A DNA stretch of 63,870 nucleotides, filler included, from Octopus bimaculoides (taxonomy: Eukaryota), in NCBI RefSeq assembly GCF_001194135.2. It is 6 parts of 6 records of this genome, joined end to end, with 100 filler letters (N's around TTAATTAATTAA, not from the genome) between each part and the next. Parts side by side here need not be neighbours in the genome. Positions count along the whole stretch, not along the records: positions 13,670 to 25,953 come from NC_068989.1; positions 26,054 to 41,838 come from NC_068996.1; 4 more parts are not named here. One strand, given 5' to 3'. The notes beneath the pieces were generated by a model. The model was not told where the DNA came from, made no database searches, and saw only the letters and a list, made by a program, of their open reading frames with translations. This document shows, in pieces, positions 14,347-27,053 of the stretch. The first letter of the stretch is position 1; each line of letters begins with the position of its first letter. Position numbers and translations under genes: made by a program.

Positions 14347-14381
<35 letters not shown>

Positions 14382-14984
14382 CATATTTATATATACACAT
14401 ACATATTTATAAATATATACATATATGTGTGCGTCTATACGACAGGCTTCTTTCAGTTTTTGTCTACCAAATCCGCTTACAAGGCTTTGGTCGGCCTGAG
14501 GCTATAGTAGAAGTCAGTTGCCCAATATGCCACGCAATGGGACTGAACCTGGAACCATGTGGTTGGGAAGCAAGCTACTTACAACACNNNNNNNNNNCAA
14601 ATGTATACACATACAGACATACACACCCACACACACCACACCATATGATAACAAAGGAGAAAACCGTTTTTGTTACGCTTCCATGTAGTGTTATAGTGCT
14701 GTGCATAACTGGGAAAATTTTTGTTTAAAAAGGAAAAAAAAAACAATGGCATTGATCAAAAGATATTTCGCTACGATCCACGATTACCGCAACAACGCTG
14801 TCAAGAATAATAACGTAAAAGTAGCTATAATAAGCATCTCTAATCTGCTGGACACAGCAATAGGATTAAGACTACATTAAGGCACACATCCAGTCTAACA
14901 CCAGAGTACACTTACCTACTTTATAGTTGAAAAATAAGATGTTTCTAATGATTTTGCATCTCTTTTTCTCTTTTTTTACTCTTT

Positions 14985-15182
14985 TACTTGTTTCAGTCAT
15001 TTGACTGCGGCCATGCTAGAGCAGCGCCTTTAGTTGAGTAAATCGACCCCAGGACTTATTCTTTGTAAGCCTAGTACTTATTCTATCGGTCTCTTTTGCC
15101 GAACCGCCAAGTTACGGGGACGTAAACACACCAGCGTCGGTTGTCAAGCGATGTTGGGGGACAAACAGATACACAAACACAC

Positions 15183-15227
<45 letters not shown>

Positions 15228-15429
15228 NNNNNNNNNNNNNNNNNNNNNNNNNNNNNNNNNNNNNNNNNNNNNNNNNNNNNNNNNNNNNNNNNNNNNNNNN
15301 NNNNNNNNNNNNNNNNNNNNNNNNNNNNNNNNNNNNNNNNNNNNNNNNNNNNNNNNNNNNNNNNNNNNNNNNNNNNNNNNNNNNNNNNNNNNNNNNNNNN
15401 NNNNNNNNNNNNNNNNNNNNNNNNNNNNN

Positions 15430-15487
<58 letters not shown>

Positions 15488-15640
15488 TGTGTGTGTGTAT
15501 GTGTGTGACGGGCTTCTTTCAGTTTCCGTGTCGGCCTGAGGCTATAGTATAAGACACTTGCCCAAGTTTCCACGCAGTAGGACTGAACCCAGAGCCATGT
15601 GGTTGGTAAGCAAGCTACTTACCACACAGCCACTCCTTCG
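14985..15640 (-). mobile_element. SINE family A copy with a gap in its microsatellite
   Basis: Reverse complement of family A motifs on both sides of the N-run. Confidence 0.8.
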
Positions 15641-17190
15641 CCTGTATATTTTCCTGAGAAGGTTGGCTTACAAGTCCATTTGAATATCTGTGGTTCATCT
15701 TTTACTTGTTTCTCTCATTGGATAAATCGACCCCGGTACTAATTTCAAAGCTTGGTAATTATTCTGTCGGTTCCTTTTACCGACTTTCTAAGTTACAGAG
15801 ATGTAAACAAACAAATTCATGTGAAGCACACGCACATACACACTCACAAACATACATATGTATGTATTAGTCGGGCTTTTCTTAGTTTCCGTCTACCATA
15901 TTCACTATGGAACTATAGTAGAAGACGCTCAAGGGACTGAACCTGGATCTATGTTGTTGGGAAGCAAACTTCTTACCATACGGCTGCAATTAGTTAATGT
16001 TTATTTCTTGAATTTTTAAATTTTTTTATCAAGTATTTCATATGTGGAGAAAAATCGCTATGCTCTCTTCAGGAGTGATTTCATTATTCTAATTTTGTTG
16101 CTGTTTCGGCATTTACTCTGTCAGCGCAGAAACATGTAAACGTTTGTGTCTATGATGTATATTTACGTAATGTATCTGTTATTTGTAATGTGAATACGTA
16201 TCTCTCGAAATGGAGTCATTATAGTATTGTTTTAGAGGCTGAATTTTAGAACTGAGTTGTCCTCAAGAGCTTCCTTTAGTTTTTTGACATCTTCCGGTGA
16301 GTTCATTATAACTACTATATTGTTTACGGATCCACATTATATAATATTCCCCCTACCAAGCAGACGATTAATTATAAAAGCAATAGTCACAAGTACTCAA
16401 ATAAACGCATAAACAATACACACACATACACACACATACACACACATACACACTCACTGCACCTAATAAACACGATAAGCACTTGACTAACAACGAGTAA
16501 TTCCAACGGCTAGTACCTGATGATGTAAAATTCTGTCCAATTTTGGCGGGAAAGTCAACATAAATAAACGCTGATCTCTATAAATCAAAAGGCAGGATAG
16601 AAAATCCAACACCCTTTCACATGGAAACGTTAACTACGATAATAAGCTTAATGATTTTTACCGTCTAATCAAACTGCAAATGTCTGATAAGTCAAGATGA
16701 AAACAATTCTAAGGAATATGGATTAACCTGGAACATAGTCTTCATTTTTTGTTTATCTAACTACCAGCCTGCATACATATATATGTATGTAGATATGTGA
16801 GTNNNNNNNNNNNNNNNNNNNNNNNNNNNNNNNNNNNNNNNNNNNNNNNNNNNNNNNNNNNNNNNNNNNNNNNNNNNNNNNNNNNNNNNNNNNNNNNNNN
16901 NNNNNNNNNNNNNNNNNNNNNNNNNNNNNNNNNNNNNNNNNNNNNNNNNNNNNNNNNNNNNNNNNNNNNNNNNNNNNNNNNNNNNNNNNNNNNNNNNNNN
17001 NNNNNNNNNNNNNNNAAAAGTTCTTATACATTTATAATCATAATTAAGGGATCAGCAACAGTTGCTTCACAACATACCGAAGTTCAGAAATAGCAGCTAA
17101 AGTGCTAAAACTCCAACAGATAGCAATACTTGTAACTCACAAAGGCAAAACAAGAAGAAAAAAATAACGAAAACTAACCAGTCTTAGTTA

Positions 17191-17250
17191 ATCATAGACG
17201 CGTTTCTGGATCAGAAAAGTGAAAACTTATCATTTCCTCATCAGTATGAT
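17191..17250 (-). ncRNA. Minimal type-I hammerhead ribozyme motif
   Basis: AUCAUA-CUGAUGA-GGA...UCCA-GAA-ACGCGU-C-UAUGAU; perfect 6-bp stem I, palindromic stem III, GUC; imperfect stem II. Confidence 0.7.
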
Positions 17251-17769
17251 ATTCTAGTTTGCAAATTTGAAGATGCTGGCAATTCTGCATGCACGACCAA
17301 GCGACATCGTGCATCAGCACAATATGAACAGCACCTCTGGTTTTGGTAGGCTCGACGCTATAGTAGAAGACACTTGCCCAAGGTGCCACGTAGTGGGACT
17401 GAACCCAGACTCGTGTGGTTCTGAAGCAAGCTTCTTACCATATAGCTGAGCATAGCTTATATTTAAACAGCGTAGAAGTTACAGTTTTTTTCAACTCCAA
17501 TGTCCTATTATAGTATCAGTATGTATTATCAATTTAACACGTTTTGAGAATAAAATGATTTTGCGGATTTCAGTTTTTCTATAAATCTCTTTATATCTCT
17601 TTATATATCTCTTTCCCCGCTCCCACTTATTTGACTTCCCTACACCGGGAAAATTTGAATTGTTTCTTTTAGCTGTTTAGTAAAACAGGGTAGCCCGAAA
17701 AGACAAATAGGCACGAATACGCAAACACGCACTCATACATGCATAAACATACATATATATATATATATG

Positions 17770-18110
17770 ATGGCTCTTGGCTTGTTAATTCAGGAGCATC
17801 ATTGATTGATCACGCTTCTCAGATACAGAAATTTAGCAACAGCCTTGAGTCTGTGATTGTCGATATAAATTGATGGTTCAACATTGGGTGACCGGGAACC
17901 GAATGAAACATTACCGCCATTTTGTCGAGGCAAATGGTTAACTGCAACGCCTTACAAGACTGGGAAAGTCTATTCATAAAACTTTACACAGATAAGAGTG
18001 AATATGCTATAAATCCACAGTCGCATATGCTAGATTGCATTTGAGATTCTGATGGACCTTGCTCATTGCAGCATAGCGTCGTATTTTGCTTAAAAATTGC
18101 CTCCATTATT
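17770..18110 (-). mobile_element. Heavily decayed RTE-like RT fragment
   Basis: SESQMQSS; KMAVMFHSVPG; IYIDNHRLKAVAKFLYLRSVI, across frameshifts. Confidence 0.55.
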
Positions 18111-18362
18111 CATTCAATCTAATTAGTTTGGGGTGACGGATAGACAATTACTTATGCGCTCGAAATATAAGAGGAAATAAAAAACCTAAATTCATATAGA
18201 ATATAGCATTCTGGAATGTGCCCCTTCTGATCCATAATCCAAATTAATCTTGTCCAGAAAGCAGAAATGCATTAGTTTCTAGGCAACTACAAAATTATGC
18301 GATTGACACACTTACATACATGCTTGTAGACACACACGCATGCAAACACATGCACACACTCA

Positions 18363-18417
<55 letters not shown>

Positions 18418-18521
18418 NNNNNNNNNNNNNNNNNNNNNNNNNCTAAAATTTTTATTAGAATTTAGTTAATACAAGCTTAATATATGTCCACCAGAAGAAA
18501 TGTAATTCAACGTTGTTTCTG

Positions 18522-18523
<2 letters not shown>

Positions 18524-18598
<75 letters not shown>
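18524..18598. repeat. (AAT)n microsatellite
   Basis: Direct reading; abuts the R4/Dong-type fragment. Confidence 0.95.
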
Positions 18599-19070
18599 TA
18601 TTGAAAGACTTCAGACAACAGTCATGCCTCCTCACTGATATGACTGTCCCAATCGATATAAATGTATCTGTCAAAACCTACCAAAACTGAGCAAAAAATT
18701 GGCAAAATGTGGAACCTGAAGACTAAAACAATACCTGTTGTCATAGGTCCCTCGGAATGATAGCAAAAGGGGCTGATTTCTTGCTAGCTCAGATGCCAAG
18801 AAACCCCAAAATGGCAGAAATTCAAAAGATAGTGCTCATGAGAACTGCCCATATCCTACGTAAAATACTATCTGTGTAATCTCAAATTTTAAAACAAATT
18901 CATAATTTTCTTAAGCTTTCTTAAACATTCTCTAGAACAATGCTATGTACAAAACCAAATATATGACACCCTAAGCATAACACCAGCACGAACTTCTAAG
19001 CTGTTGTCTCTTGAGGTCTCTGGGTGAGACTTTGAGCCAACTTGTACAATTACAAATCCAAAGTCAAACA
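18598..19070 (+). mobile_element. 3' end of an R4/Dong-type non-LTR element (restriction-like endonuclease)
   Basis: CLLTDMTVPIDINV..KMWNLKTKTIPVVIGPLG..IQKIVLMRTAHILRKIL*; (AAT)n on both sides. Confidence 0.8.
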
Positions 19071-19094
19071 TATAATAATAACAATAATAATAAT

Positions 19095-19127
<33 letters not shown>

Positions 19128-19165
19128 AGCAATAATAATAATTATAATACTACTACTACTACTAC

Positions 19166-19199
<34 letters not shown>

Positions 19200-19419
19200 T
19201 GGTTTTAAATTTTGAAACAAGGCCAAGAGTTTGGAGGGAAGGATTTAATCGATTACATCGACCCCAGTGCTCAACTTCTACCTATTTTATTGACCTCGAT
19301 GGAATTTGAACTGAGAACACTGATGCTAAATTTTTTTCCGGTGATGTTTATGCTGGTAAATCTACGTTAGAACAATTGTAGTAGTATATGATAATATGTA
19401 GTGGTAGATCAATTACATA

Positions 19420-19444
19420 TATATATATATAGATAGATAGATAA

Positions 19445-19475
<31 letters not shown>

Positions 19476-19540
19476 GACAGATATATAGATAGATACATAG
19501 ATAGATAGACAGCTATATAGATAGATAACATAGATAGATA

Positions 19541-19602
<62 letters not shown>
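19420..19602. repeat. (GATA)n-(TA)n microsatellite
   Basis: Direct reading. Confidence 0.9.
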
Positions 19603-19606
<4 letters not shown>

Positions 19607-19730
19607 TTCTATACGTATAAACTAATGCATATTATGCATACTACATACACATATACATACATAGACACATACTTACACATACATGAGTGTGTGTATGTGT
19701 GTGTGCATGTGTGCGTACGTGCATGCGTGT

Positions 19731-19774
<44 letters not shown>

Positions 19775-20147
19775 TGGCCGATCTAGTTTTTATATTACTC
19801 TAGTTTTTCCAAACTTCTAGCCGGTTCACTGGACCGAATGGAATATATGAGAAAAACAGGTTACCTCTTTTAGCGCTACTATTGGTTCTCTGAATAAACG
19901 GAAGTCGTATGGGGGCGTTTGATTGGCTACCCATCTAATGACGTCAAGTGAAAAAGTTAAAATGTACATGGGATAGTCAAAAGGAAGGTAGAGTCGAGTG
20001 GGTAGTAATTGATATTATGTTGTGAATTGAATACTTTGAAATTAGAAAACACAGTAATCAATAGTGTAGTATCAATGGTAAAAGGGAAATTGAAGTAGAC
20101 GAAGCAATGAACTTTGAAGACACCTGTTACTAATATTACTAATATGG

Positions 20148-20360
20148 GGAGGGCGATGACCTGGCAGAACCGTTAGCACGCTGGGGAAAATGCTTAGCGG
20201 CATTTCGTACTTCTTTACGTTCTGAGTTCAAATTCGACCGACGCTGACATTGCCTTAACTCTTTTCGGGGTCGATGAAATAATCACCAGTTGATTAGTGA
20301 GATCGATATAATCGAATTGCTTCTTCCCCGAAATTGCTGCTTTTGTGCCAAAATTTGAAA
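20148..20360 (+). mobile_element. SINE family C (tRNA-derived)
   Basis: CTGGCAGAACCGTTAGCAC...TTCTGAGTTCAAATTC...CGGGGTCGAT; other copies at 19200-19345, 24340-24550 and 62235-62405 (-). Confidence 0.78.
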
Positions 20361-20619
20361 TTTGAACCCAATATTACTGGTATGGTGAAATAAAATGGAA
20401 TGCAAAGGAAGCGATTAATCATGGAGAGCTGTACCAAATACAATTCCAAAAACCAAATATCACACACAGACTTCTAATAGCATTCCATGTCTTTCGAGCA
20501 AAGTCTTCACTAAGATGTATCACGATGCAAAATCTGTTTTTACTACCCGAGATATGCATATACTGAATTTAGTGTCAAACGTTCATTTACCAGAATGTAG
20601 AGGGCTGAAGGGTAAAGAT

Positions 20620-20952
20620 CCCCTTCGCTCATGAATGACCATGGGATTGCAACTAGAAAGTTCCCCTCCGAGGCACAAATGTAGGTGAGGTTGTTTTATG
20701 GAAGACCGGCAGTTGCTCATGCATACCAGCCTCCCCCTCTCCATGCTACCGATGTTATCCAAGAGAAAGGCAAAGGCTGATACAGCTTGGCACCAGTGAC
20801 ATCACTACTCATTTCTACAGCAGAGTGAACTGGAGCAACGTGAAATAAGGTGTCTTGCTCAAGAACTCAACTGACAGCCCTGTCCGGGAATCGAACTCAC
20901 TACCTCATGATTGTGAGCCCGACACTCTAACCACTGAGCCATGTGCCTTCAC
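20620..20952 (-). mobile_element. SINE family B-related copy
   Basis: Shares the head and the GTGAACTGGAGCAACGTGAAAT segment; different 3' part. Confidence 0.7.
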
Positions 20953-21260
20953 ACTGAGCCATGTATCAGAATGTATGACCTCAGTAGAAGTTATAAAGTA
21001 TCTTAGCACCATTTTCATATAAATATAATTCCTCGGATATTGCATATATGTAGCAGATCCCCGATATGAATTCAATGCTGCAGAGAGGATACGATGTTCA
21101 TGCTGCCAAAATACAGGCACCAAATACAAAGTACGATGTACATATATTCAGTGATGAAGGCTTGTTTATAATCACTCACAAGTTTTGGAAACTGATGGCA
21201 GAAAGTAAGTGGAGATGCTTGCTACAAATTCAATGAAGAACTTGTCTCAATGATTACTAT

Positions 21261-21652
21261 AATAATAACAATAATTCTAGGATGGAATTTATAACTATTT
21301 AATATATCGCTACGCGCGTTTCCAGAAATCACATGATTTAGCCATCAAAGTCGGTATCCTTGGGATTAGTACAGTATAGTCCGTATTATCCGTGGGCATT
21401 AGTTGATGATCATCAGTGATTCATTTCATCATTATTGGATGAATCACATTGGATGAATCATCCAATAATGCAGCATTGCTTGATGAAATAAATCAATGTT
21501 GATGATCAACCGGATGCCCACGGATAATACGGACTATACTGTACTAATTCCAAGGATACCGACTTTGATGGCAAAATCATGTGATTTGTGGAAACGCGCG
21601 TAGCGATATATTAAATAGTTATAAATTCCTTCCTAGAATTATTGTTATTATT
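21261..21652. mobile_element. Foldback palindrome with a nested pogo-like MITE (21372-21541)
   Basis: Arms of about 145 bp are near-perfect reverse complements; inner TA-CAGTATAGTCCGTATTATCCG...CGGATAATACGGACTATACTG-TA. Confidence 0.8.
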
Positions 21653-21748
21653 GTGTATGCATGTGTGTATGTGTGCGGGGTATATATCTACATGTATACA
21701 TGTATCTATATATGTATTTGTATATATGTATATGTATATATGTATATA

Positions 21749-21815
<67 letters not shown>

Positions 21816-22859
21816 GCATACATATGTGTCTGTGTTTGTGTGTGTGTATTTAAATCTTTTTTAATGTTTTCGACAATTGGTTGTGACAATATGTGCCCAT
21901 TATAATCACATATAATCATACTGCCTTAGACAAGAATAACCCACATATTGATAAATAAACAGATAAAGGGATATATAGATATGCAGAGAGTAGATACAAA
22001 GATATTAAAAGACTTCATATTACAATTGTCATATGTATACTTTTCTTTTGAAATGTAAATAGATTACATAAGCTCATTTTATATTTTTTTCACCTTCAAA
22101 ATATCACCAGAAATCTGTAATATGATTCAGTGCTATCTTTAGAATGATTCGTGCTGGGATTAAAAGTTATCGGAAATGTGCTAAATTGTAGTATGTGCCA
22201 TATTCATCGCTCATTATCTAATCATGCATAATTCTATCAATTTCTTCGTGTGTTAAACGTTTCGTATGTATTTCACTTGTTTCTTTTGATAGTGTTGGAT
22301 TACAACGAAGGAGTCTGCATCGTCATTTGGTCCTCTTAAAACAGTTGGCAAATCTGTTTCAACTTAGAATAACAGTTACAATAATATCACTGATATTATT
22401 AAGAACTCGAGCGCGTCAATAATAGGGCTTCGACCAGTTAAAAGTAATGACAAAACATTCTTCAAATTACACCATACTGTGTCTAAAATGGTCACATAAT
22501 GTAGCCGTAGAAATATAAAGTCTGAAAGATGACGAAAAAGCATCAATATGCTTCTGCCCATATGTTTTCTGGATCACAACTAACCCAGGGTTAAACATCA
22601 TACAGCAATAGAAAGCAGTAACCATTACCCTGGATGGTCATCGTATCGTAGTGATGTTGATGTGATTAATGTTCTTCTCGATGGTTGTAAGTTGATGGTC
22701 ACAAGAATAAAATGAGCAAGTTTAGAATTCCAGAGAAATAATGTTTGTGACGCAAGAACTGGTCCTGTTAGGTTGCGTACGCATGTTTCCATGTGTGCAT
22801 AGTTTGATGAGAACTTTGCTGGGTTCTTATGTTGCGATGATGGAAGGACGATGGTGGGA

Positions 22860-23620
22860 TCCTAGCATTTGTAATCATGGTTGGGCCTGTGGGTAAGCCA
22901 TCATGTACCTTTTCTCATGTGGGCACGGGAGAAAAATCTCGTTTCTGCAGTTTAGGTAGATATCCATGTGAAGAGAAATTTTTAATATAATTCTTTTGGG
23001 GGCTATGCATAGTTTACACTTTCTGCTATTGTTAAAATAAAATTTGCACTTCTTCAAAATTTTTGACTTGATATTGTAATCCGAGTTGATTTTTTACACA
23101 CGTGTACGCGCGCGCGCGCACATACACGCACGCACACGCACGCACATACGCACACACACATACACGCACACACACAGGCACGGACACATGCACACACACA
23201 TACACATACACACACAAATACACACGCACCCATATATAGCCAGACTTATGATTGTTGAATCTGGTCGTAAAAGGACCTTCTGTCGCGCCACCATGCTTTC
23301 TCATGTTTGACAGCCAGTTTGTGATCCTTTGACGTTGCTTCTGCATTGCAGTGACCGTTGAGGAGAAGGTGGTATTGCCCTTTCCTGAGCTTGCTGTCTC
23401 TGTCTCCGGTGTAGACCTACTAATAATTCATTTATTCTTGGTGCACAGCTAAAAGAATCTCTTAAACTGTATGTACCGTAAATCTTACGGAACCTATGTG
23501 TACGAGGAATGTGTTTATCCACTGAACTAAAGTAGAGCGTACCCACAGTTTTTACGCTTAGGGAGAAACGGGGTAGAGACAATAACACCTTGCTGTGGTG
23601 TTTCCTAATCAAGGAATTAA
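22860..23620 (-). mobile_element. Degraded Naiad-type PLE 3' part (linker + GIY-YIG), interrupted by a (CA/CG)n tract
   Basis: FSLSVKTVG..DKHIP..FRKIY..SFSCAPRI; GATEGPFTTRFNNHK; KCKLCIAPK...LNCRNEIFLPCPHEK. Confidence 0.7.
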
Positions 23621-24093
23621 GGACGGGCGTTTAAATAACATTGTCATATACATGTTTGCATAAGCACTGGCTCCAAATATTTATTAAGATGGAACATGCA
23701 ATCAAGGGGCTGCACGTTCGATCTCATTGTACAATAGTATGGACAAGTCTCGTGGTATAGCTAGGAGGTGACCAACATATAGCCATAGCACAAGTCTGAA
23801 TCTTGTTGACTGAAACGCAGCAGAATTCCCTCATCTATCTATCAACATGTATATATGTATATATGTGTATGTAAATACACTTTTGCACAAAGACGCACAC
23901 ACACGTATAGATATAACTATATATATATAAAGTTGTAGTGTATTGTCAACTTAATGTGACAATCCCAAGAAGGGGACACACTACTGCCGTTTAGCCCTAG
24001 GAAGCTGGACCGCTTCCTGTCGGTCTTGACACAATTACTGTGTCCTTAAGTTTGCGAGGGGGAGACAAGCTCCTCCACCCAGCCTAGCCAGCA

Positions 24094-24136
24094 TTCAGGG
24101 ACATGTTTCTGACTCTTTGCTCGTCATCAGCCTGAA
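24094..24136 (-). ncRNA. Minimal type-I hammerhead ribozyme motif
   Basis: UUCAGG-CUGAUGA-CGAGCAAAGAGUCA-GAA-ACAUGU-C-CCUGAA; perfect 6-bp stem I, palindromic stem III, GUC; weak stem II. Confidence 0.68.
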
Positions 24137-24339
24137 GTAGCTTGCCAGCTGGTTAAAGAAGCCTGTTTACCCCTCATATATATATATGTCTGTGCATGAA
24201 TAACTATTTCTGTATGTTCGCTCGTGTCCATGTCATTTAAATGCCGGGTTTGTGTGCATAGAATCCTTGGCTTTAGTGGTTCATCTGTCTTAGATATCAC
24301 TACGATTTCACACACACACACACATGTAATAATAATAGC

Positions 24340-24550
24340 TTCAAATTTTGGCACAAGCCCAGCAATTTCAGGTAAGGGCTCAGTGGATTACATCGACCCC
24401 AGTGCTCAACTGAAGTTTATTTTATCGTCCTCGAAAGGCTGAAAAGAAAAATCGACGAGGCCGAAATTTGAACTCAGAACGGAGTGATGGGCGAAATACA
24501 GCCAAGCATTTCGTCCAGCGTACTAACGATTCTTCCAGTTTACTGCTTTA
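24340..24550 (-). mobile_element. SINE family C copy
   Basis: Reverse complement of 20148-20360 motifs. Confidence 0.75.
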
Positions 24551-25237
24551 AATGTGTAGAATATATTAATAATATACAGCAAAATAAAATGAAGTGACGG
24601 CCTTCATTGTTTGTATGAAGAGAAGTGTATCATTAGAGAATACCTAAACAAATTAATATAGAGTAAAAGATTTCTTATTCACATTAATATTGTTACACGT
24701 GTCTTAAGTTGTTTTCTTTCATATCACGAATTGTAGCATTACATATGAGTTTATGATAATTTGTTTTATTACCAATTAAATGGCTTATGAAAGCTGGTCC
24801 AAGATTTTAGTTAACGTGTAACATGATATGTGTGTGTGTATGTATACATACATATATNNNNNNNNNNNNNNNNNNNNNNNNNNNNNNNNNNNNNNNNNNN
24901 NNNNNNNNNNNNNNNNNNNNNNNNNNNNNNNNNNNNNNNNNNNNNNNNNNNNNNNNNNNNNNNNNNNNNNNNNNNNNNNNNNNNNNNNNNNNNNNNNNNN
25001 NNNNNNNNNNNNNNNNNNNNNNNNNNNNNNNNATACCTAAACAAATTAATATAGAGTAAAAGATTTCTTATTCACATTAATATTGTTACACGTGTCTTAA
25101 GTTGTTTTCTTTCATATCACGAATTGTAGCATTACATATGAGTTTATGATAATTTGTTTTATTACCAATTAAATGGCTTATGAAAGCTGGTCCAAGATTT
25201 TAGTTAACGTGTAACATGATATGTGTGTGTGTATGTA

Positions 25238-25880
25238 TAAGTTTCTCCCATAAGTAATGTTCGGACTTTTATATTTTAAATTTTCAAACACTTTAACAAT
25301 ATTTTAGAATATCTGATGGCATCAAGTCATATTTTATATGTATTTGGACATAGTTAAACTAATTAAATTTCATTCTGCAGGATAATCTAATTGAAATTTC
25401 AGTAATTATTTCTCTTCAAACATGATAGTGTCTAAGGCGCATTTAATGCACATAATGCTTTCTGAGTTTAAAACAGAGAACTCTGCAGCTGAAGCGACTC
25501 GAAATATTCACTCAGCTTATGGGGAAGAGTGCTTGAATGAACGAACAAGCAGAAAATGGTTGGTAAAATTCAGAAGTAGAGATTTCAGCCTTGAAGATAG
25601 GGCTCGAACAGGACGTCCAATTGAGTTTAGCAGAACATGAACAAGATCATGCAGTTTAATTTTAAGAATTGGCAGGCAAGCTTCGTTTAAGCCATACAAC
25701 TGTTCACCGCCACTTTCAACAGCTTGCAAAAGTCCCCAAACTCGCATAATGGGTTCTCATGATTTGTCCGAAGCCAACCGCAGATCCTGAGTGGACATCT
25801 GCTCTCCTCTTCTCTTCGTTCTCATGAACTCATCTCAGCCTTTTTGGACAGACTGATGACCGATGATGAAAAACGGTTCT
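25238..25880 (+). mobile_element. 5' part of a mariner (HTH region)
   Basis: HIMLSEFK..SAAEATRNI..YGEECLNERT.RKW..KFRS.DFSLED..RTGRP; truncated. Confidence 0.85.
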
Positions 25881-25905
25881 TCTCTCTGTCTGGCGGAACA
25901 CGTGG

Positions 25906-25953
<48 letters not shown>

Positions 25954-27053
25954 NNNNNNNNNNNNNNNNNNNNNNNNNNNNNNNNNNNNNNNNNNNNTTA
26001 ATTAATTAANNNNNNNNNNNNNNNNNNNNNNNNNNNNNNNNNNNNNNNNNNNNATGTGTGTGTGAGGGCGCGTATGTATGTTTGTCATGTATGTGGGCGG
26101 TATATGTATGTGGGCTGTATATATGTAAGGTGTGTGGGTATGTGTGCGTGTAGGTAGTGGTGAGATAAAAAGTGGAAAAAAGTAAGTGTAATAACAAGAG
26201 AATAATGGATATAATGTAAGGGGGACGAGGGGGGGGTTAAAAAAAAAAAAAAATTATGTAAAGTGTTGCAGGGACGTAAAGGGGAGAGTCATAAGGAAGA
26301 GAAGGCTGCGTTGAGTCCGAAGGGGAAAGAAGAATTAAGGTTGAAAATGTAGCGTTGCTCCAAGTGGAGTCGCGAGGGAGTGGACCCATGGTACAATAGG
26401 CTTCTTTCAGTTGCCAACAATCAAATCCACTTACAAGCTTTGGTTGGCTTGGGATTATAGTAGAAGACACTTCCCAAAGGTGTATATACCTTCATTTGTG
26501 TGTGTGTGTGTATTTATACACATGTGTGAAAACAGTGAATAATCTTTTTAAATAGTTTTGATATCTCTGATGAGAAATTATGTGAAGGTGTTTAATTATT
26601 ATTCAGCAAAAGATAATTCAGTATTATAGCTGCTTTGTTTAGCAAATAAAAATTGTTATCTCTCTCATGTCATTTCATTTGATCTTATTTTGTGCAAATG
26701 ATTTTGGTGGAATTAAAAAACCAATATCTACTATCAGTTATAGTTTTGCACTAACTTAACTATCTTATAACTCTGATAGTAGGTTGATCTCAGAAGAAAA
26801 ACAGTTAGTGCCAAGAATATGTGTTAGAGTTTGAGTGTATGCTTATTTAGAGGGTATTTTTCCAAGTCTTTAACATTGTTGATACCATCTTGTCTAAGAG
26901 TGCTCCTATTTCTTTGAGAATGTCCTGTTTTAAGTTAGTCTGAATTATGATCAATTTTCCATTAAAACTTCACTTTAATTTGCTCCAAACACCAGTTTGA
27001 TATAACAACAAAGTTATTTCACCAAACTCTTCATTATTTTCAAAATTAATGTT

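Noticed and set aside
16510-16560. CTGATGA...GAAAGTC, and other isolated CTGATGA hits (26566, 34996, about 62935 minus)
   Set aside because: No closing stems I or III.
21581-21919. Overlapping ORFs rich in YI/CV/HT repeats (and similar ORFs elsewhere)
   Set aside because: Translations of (TA)n and (TG)n microsatellites.
22250-22330. UGACGA...GAAACGUU on the minus strand as a hammerhead
   Set aside because: C3 is missing and neither stem I nor stem II can be formed.
24630-25235. 200-bp direct repeat (24630-24835 and 25033-25235)
   Set aside because: Identical sequence on both sides of an N-gap, typical of unmerged contig overlap; same pattern at 40130-40215 and 48235-48360.
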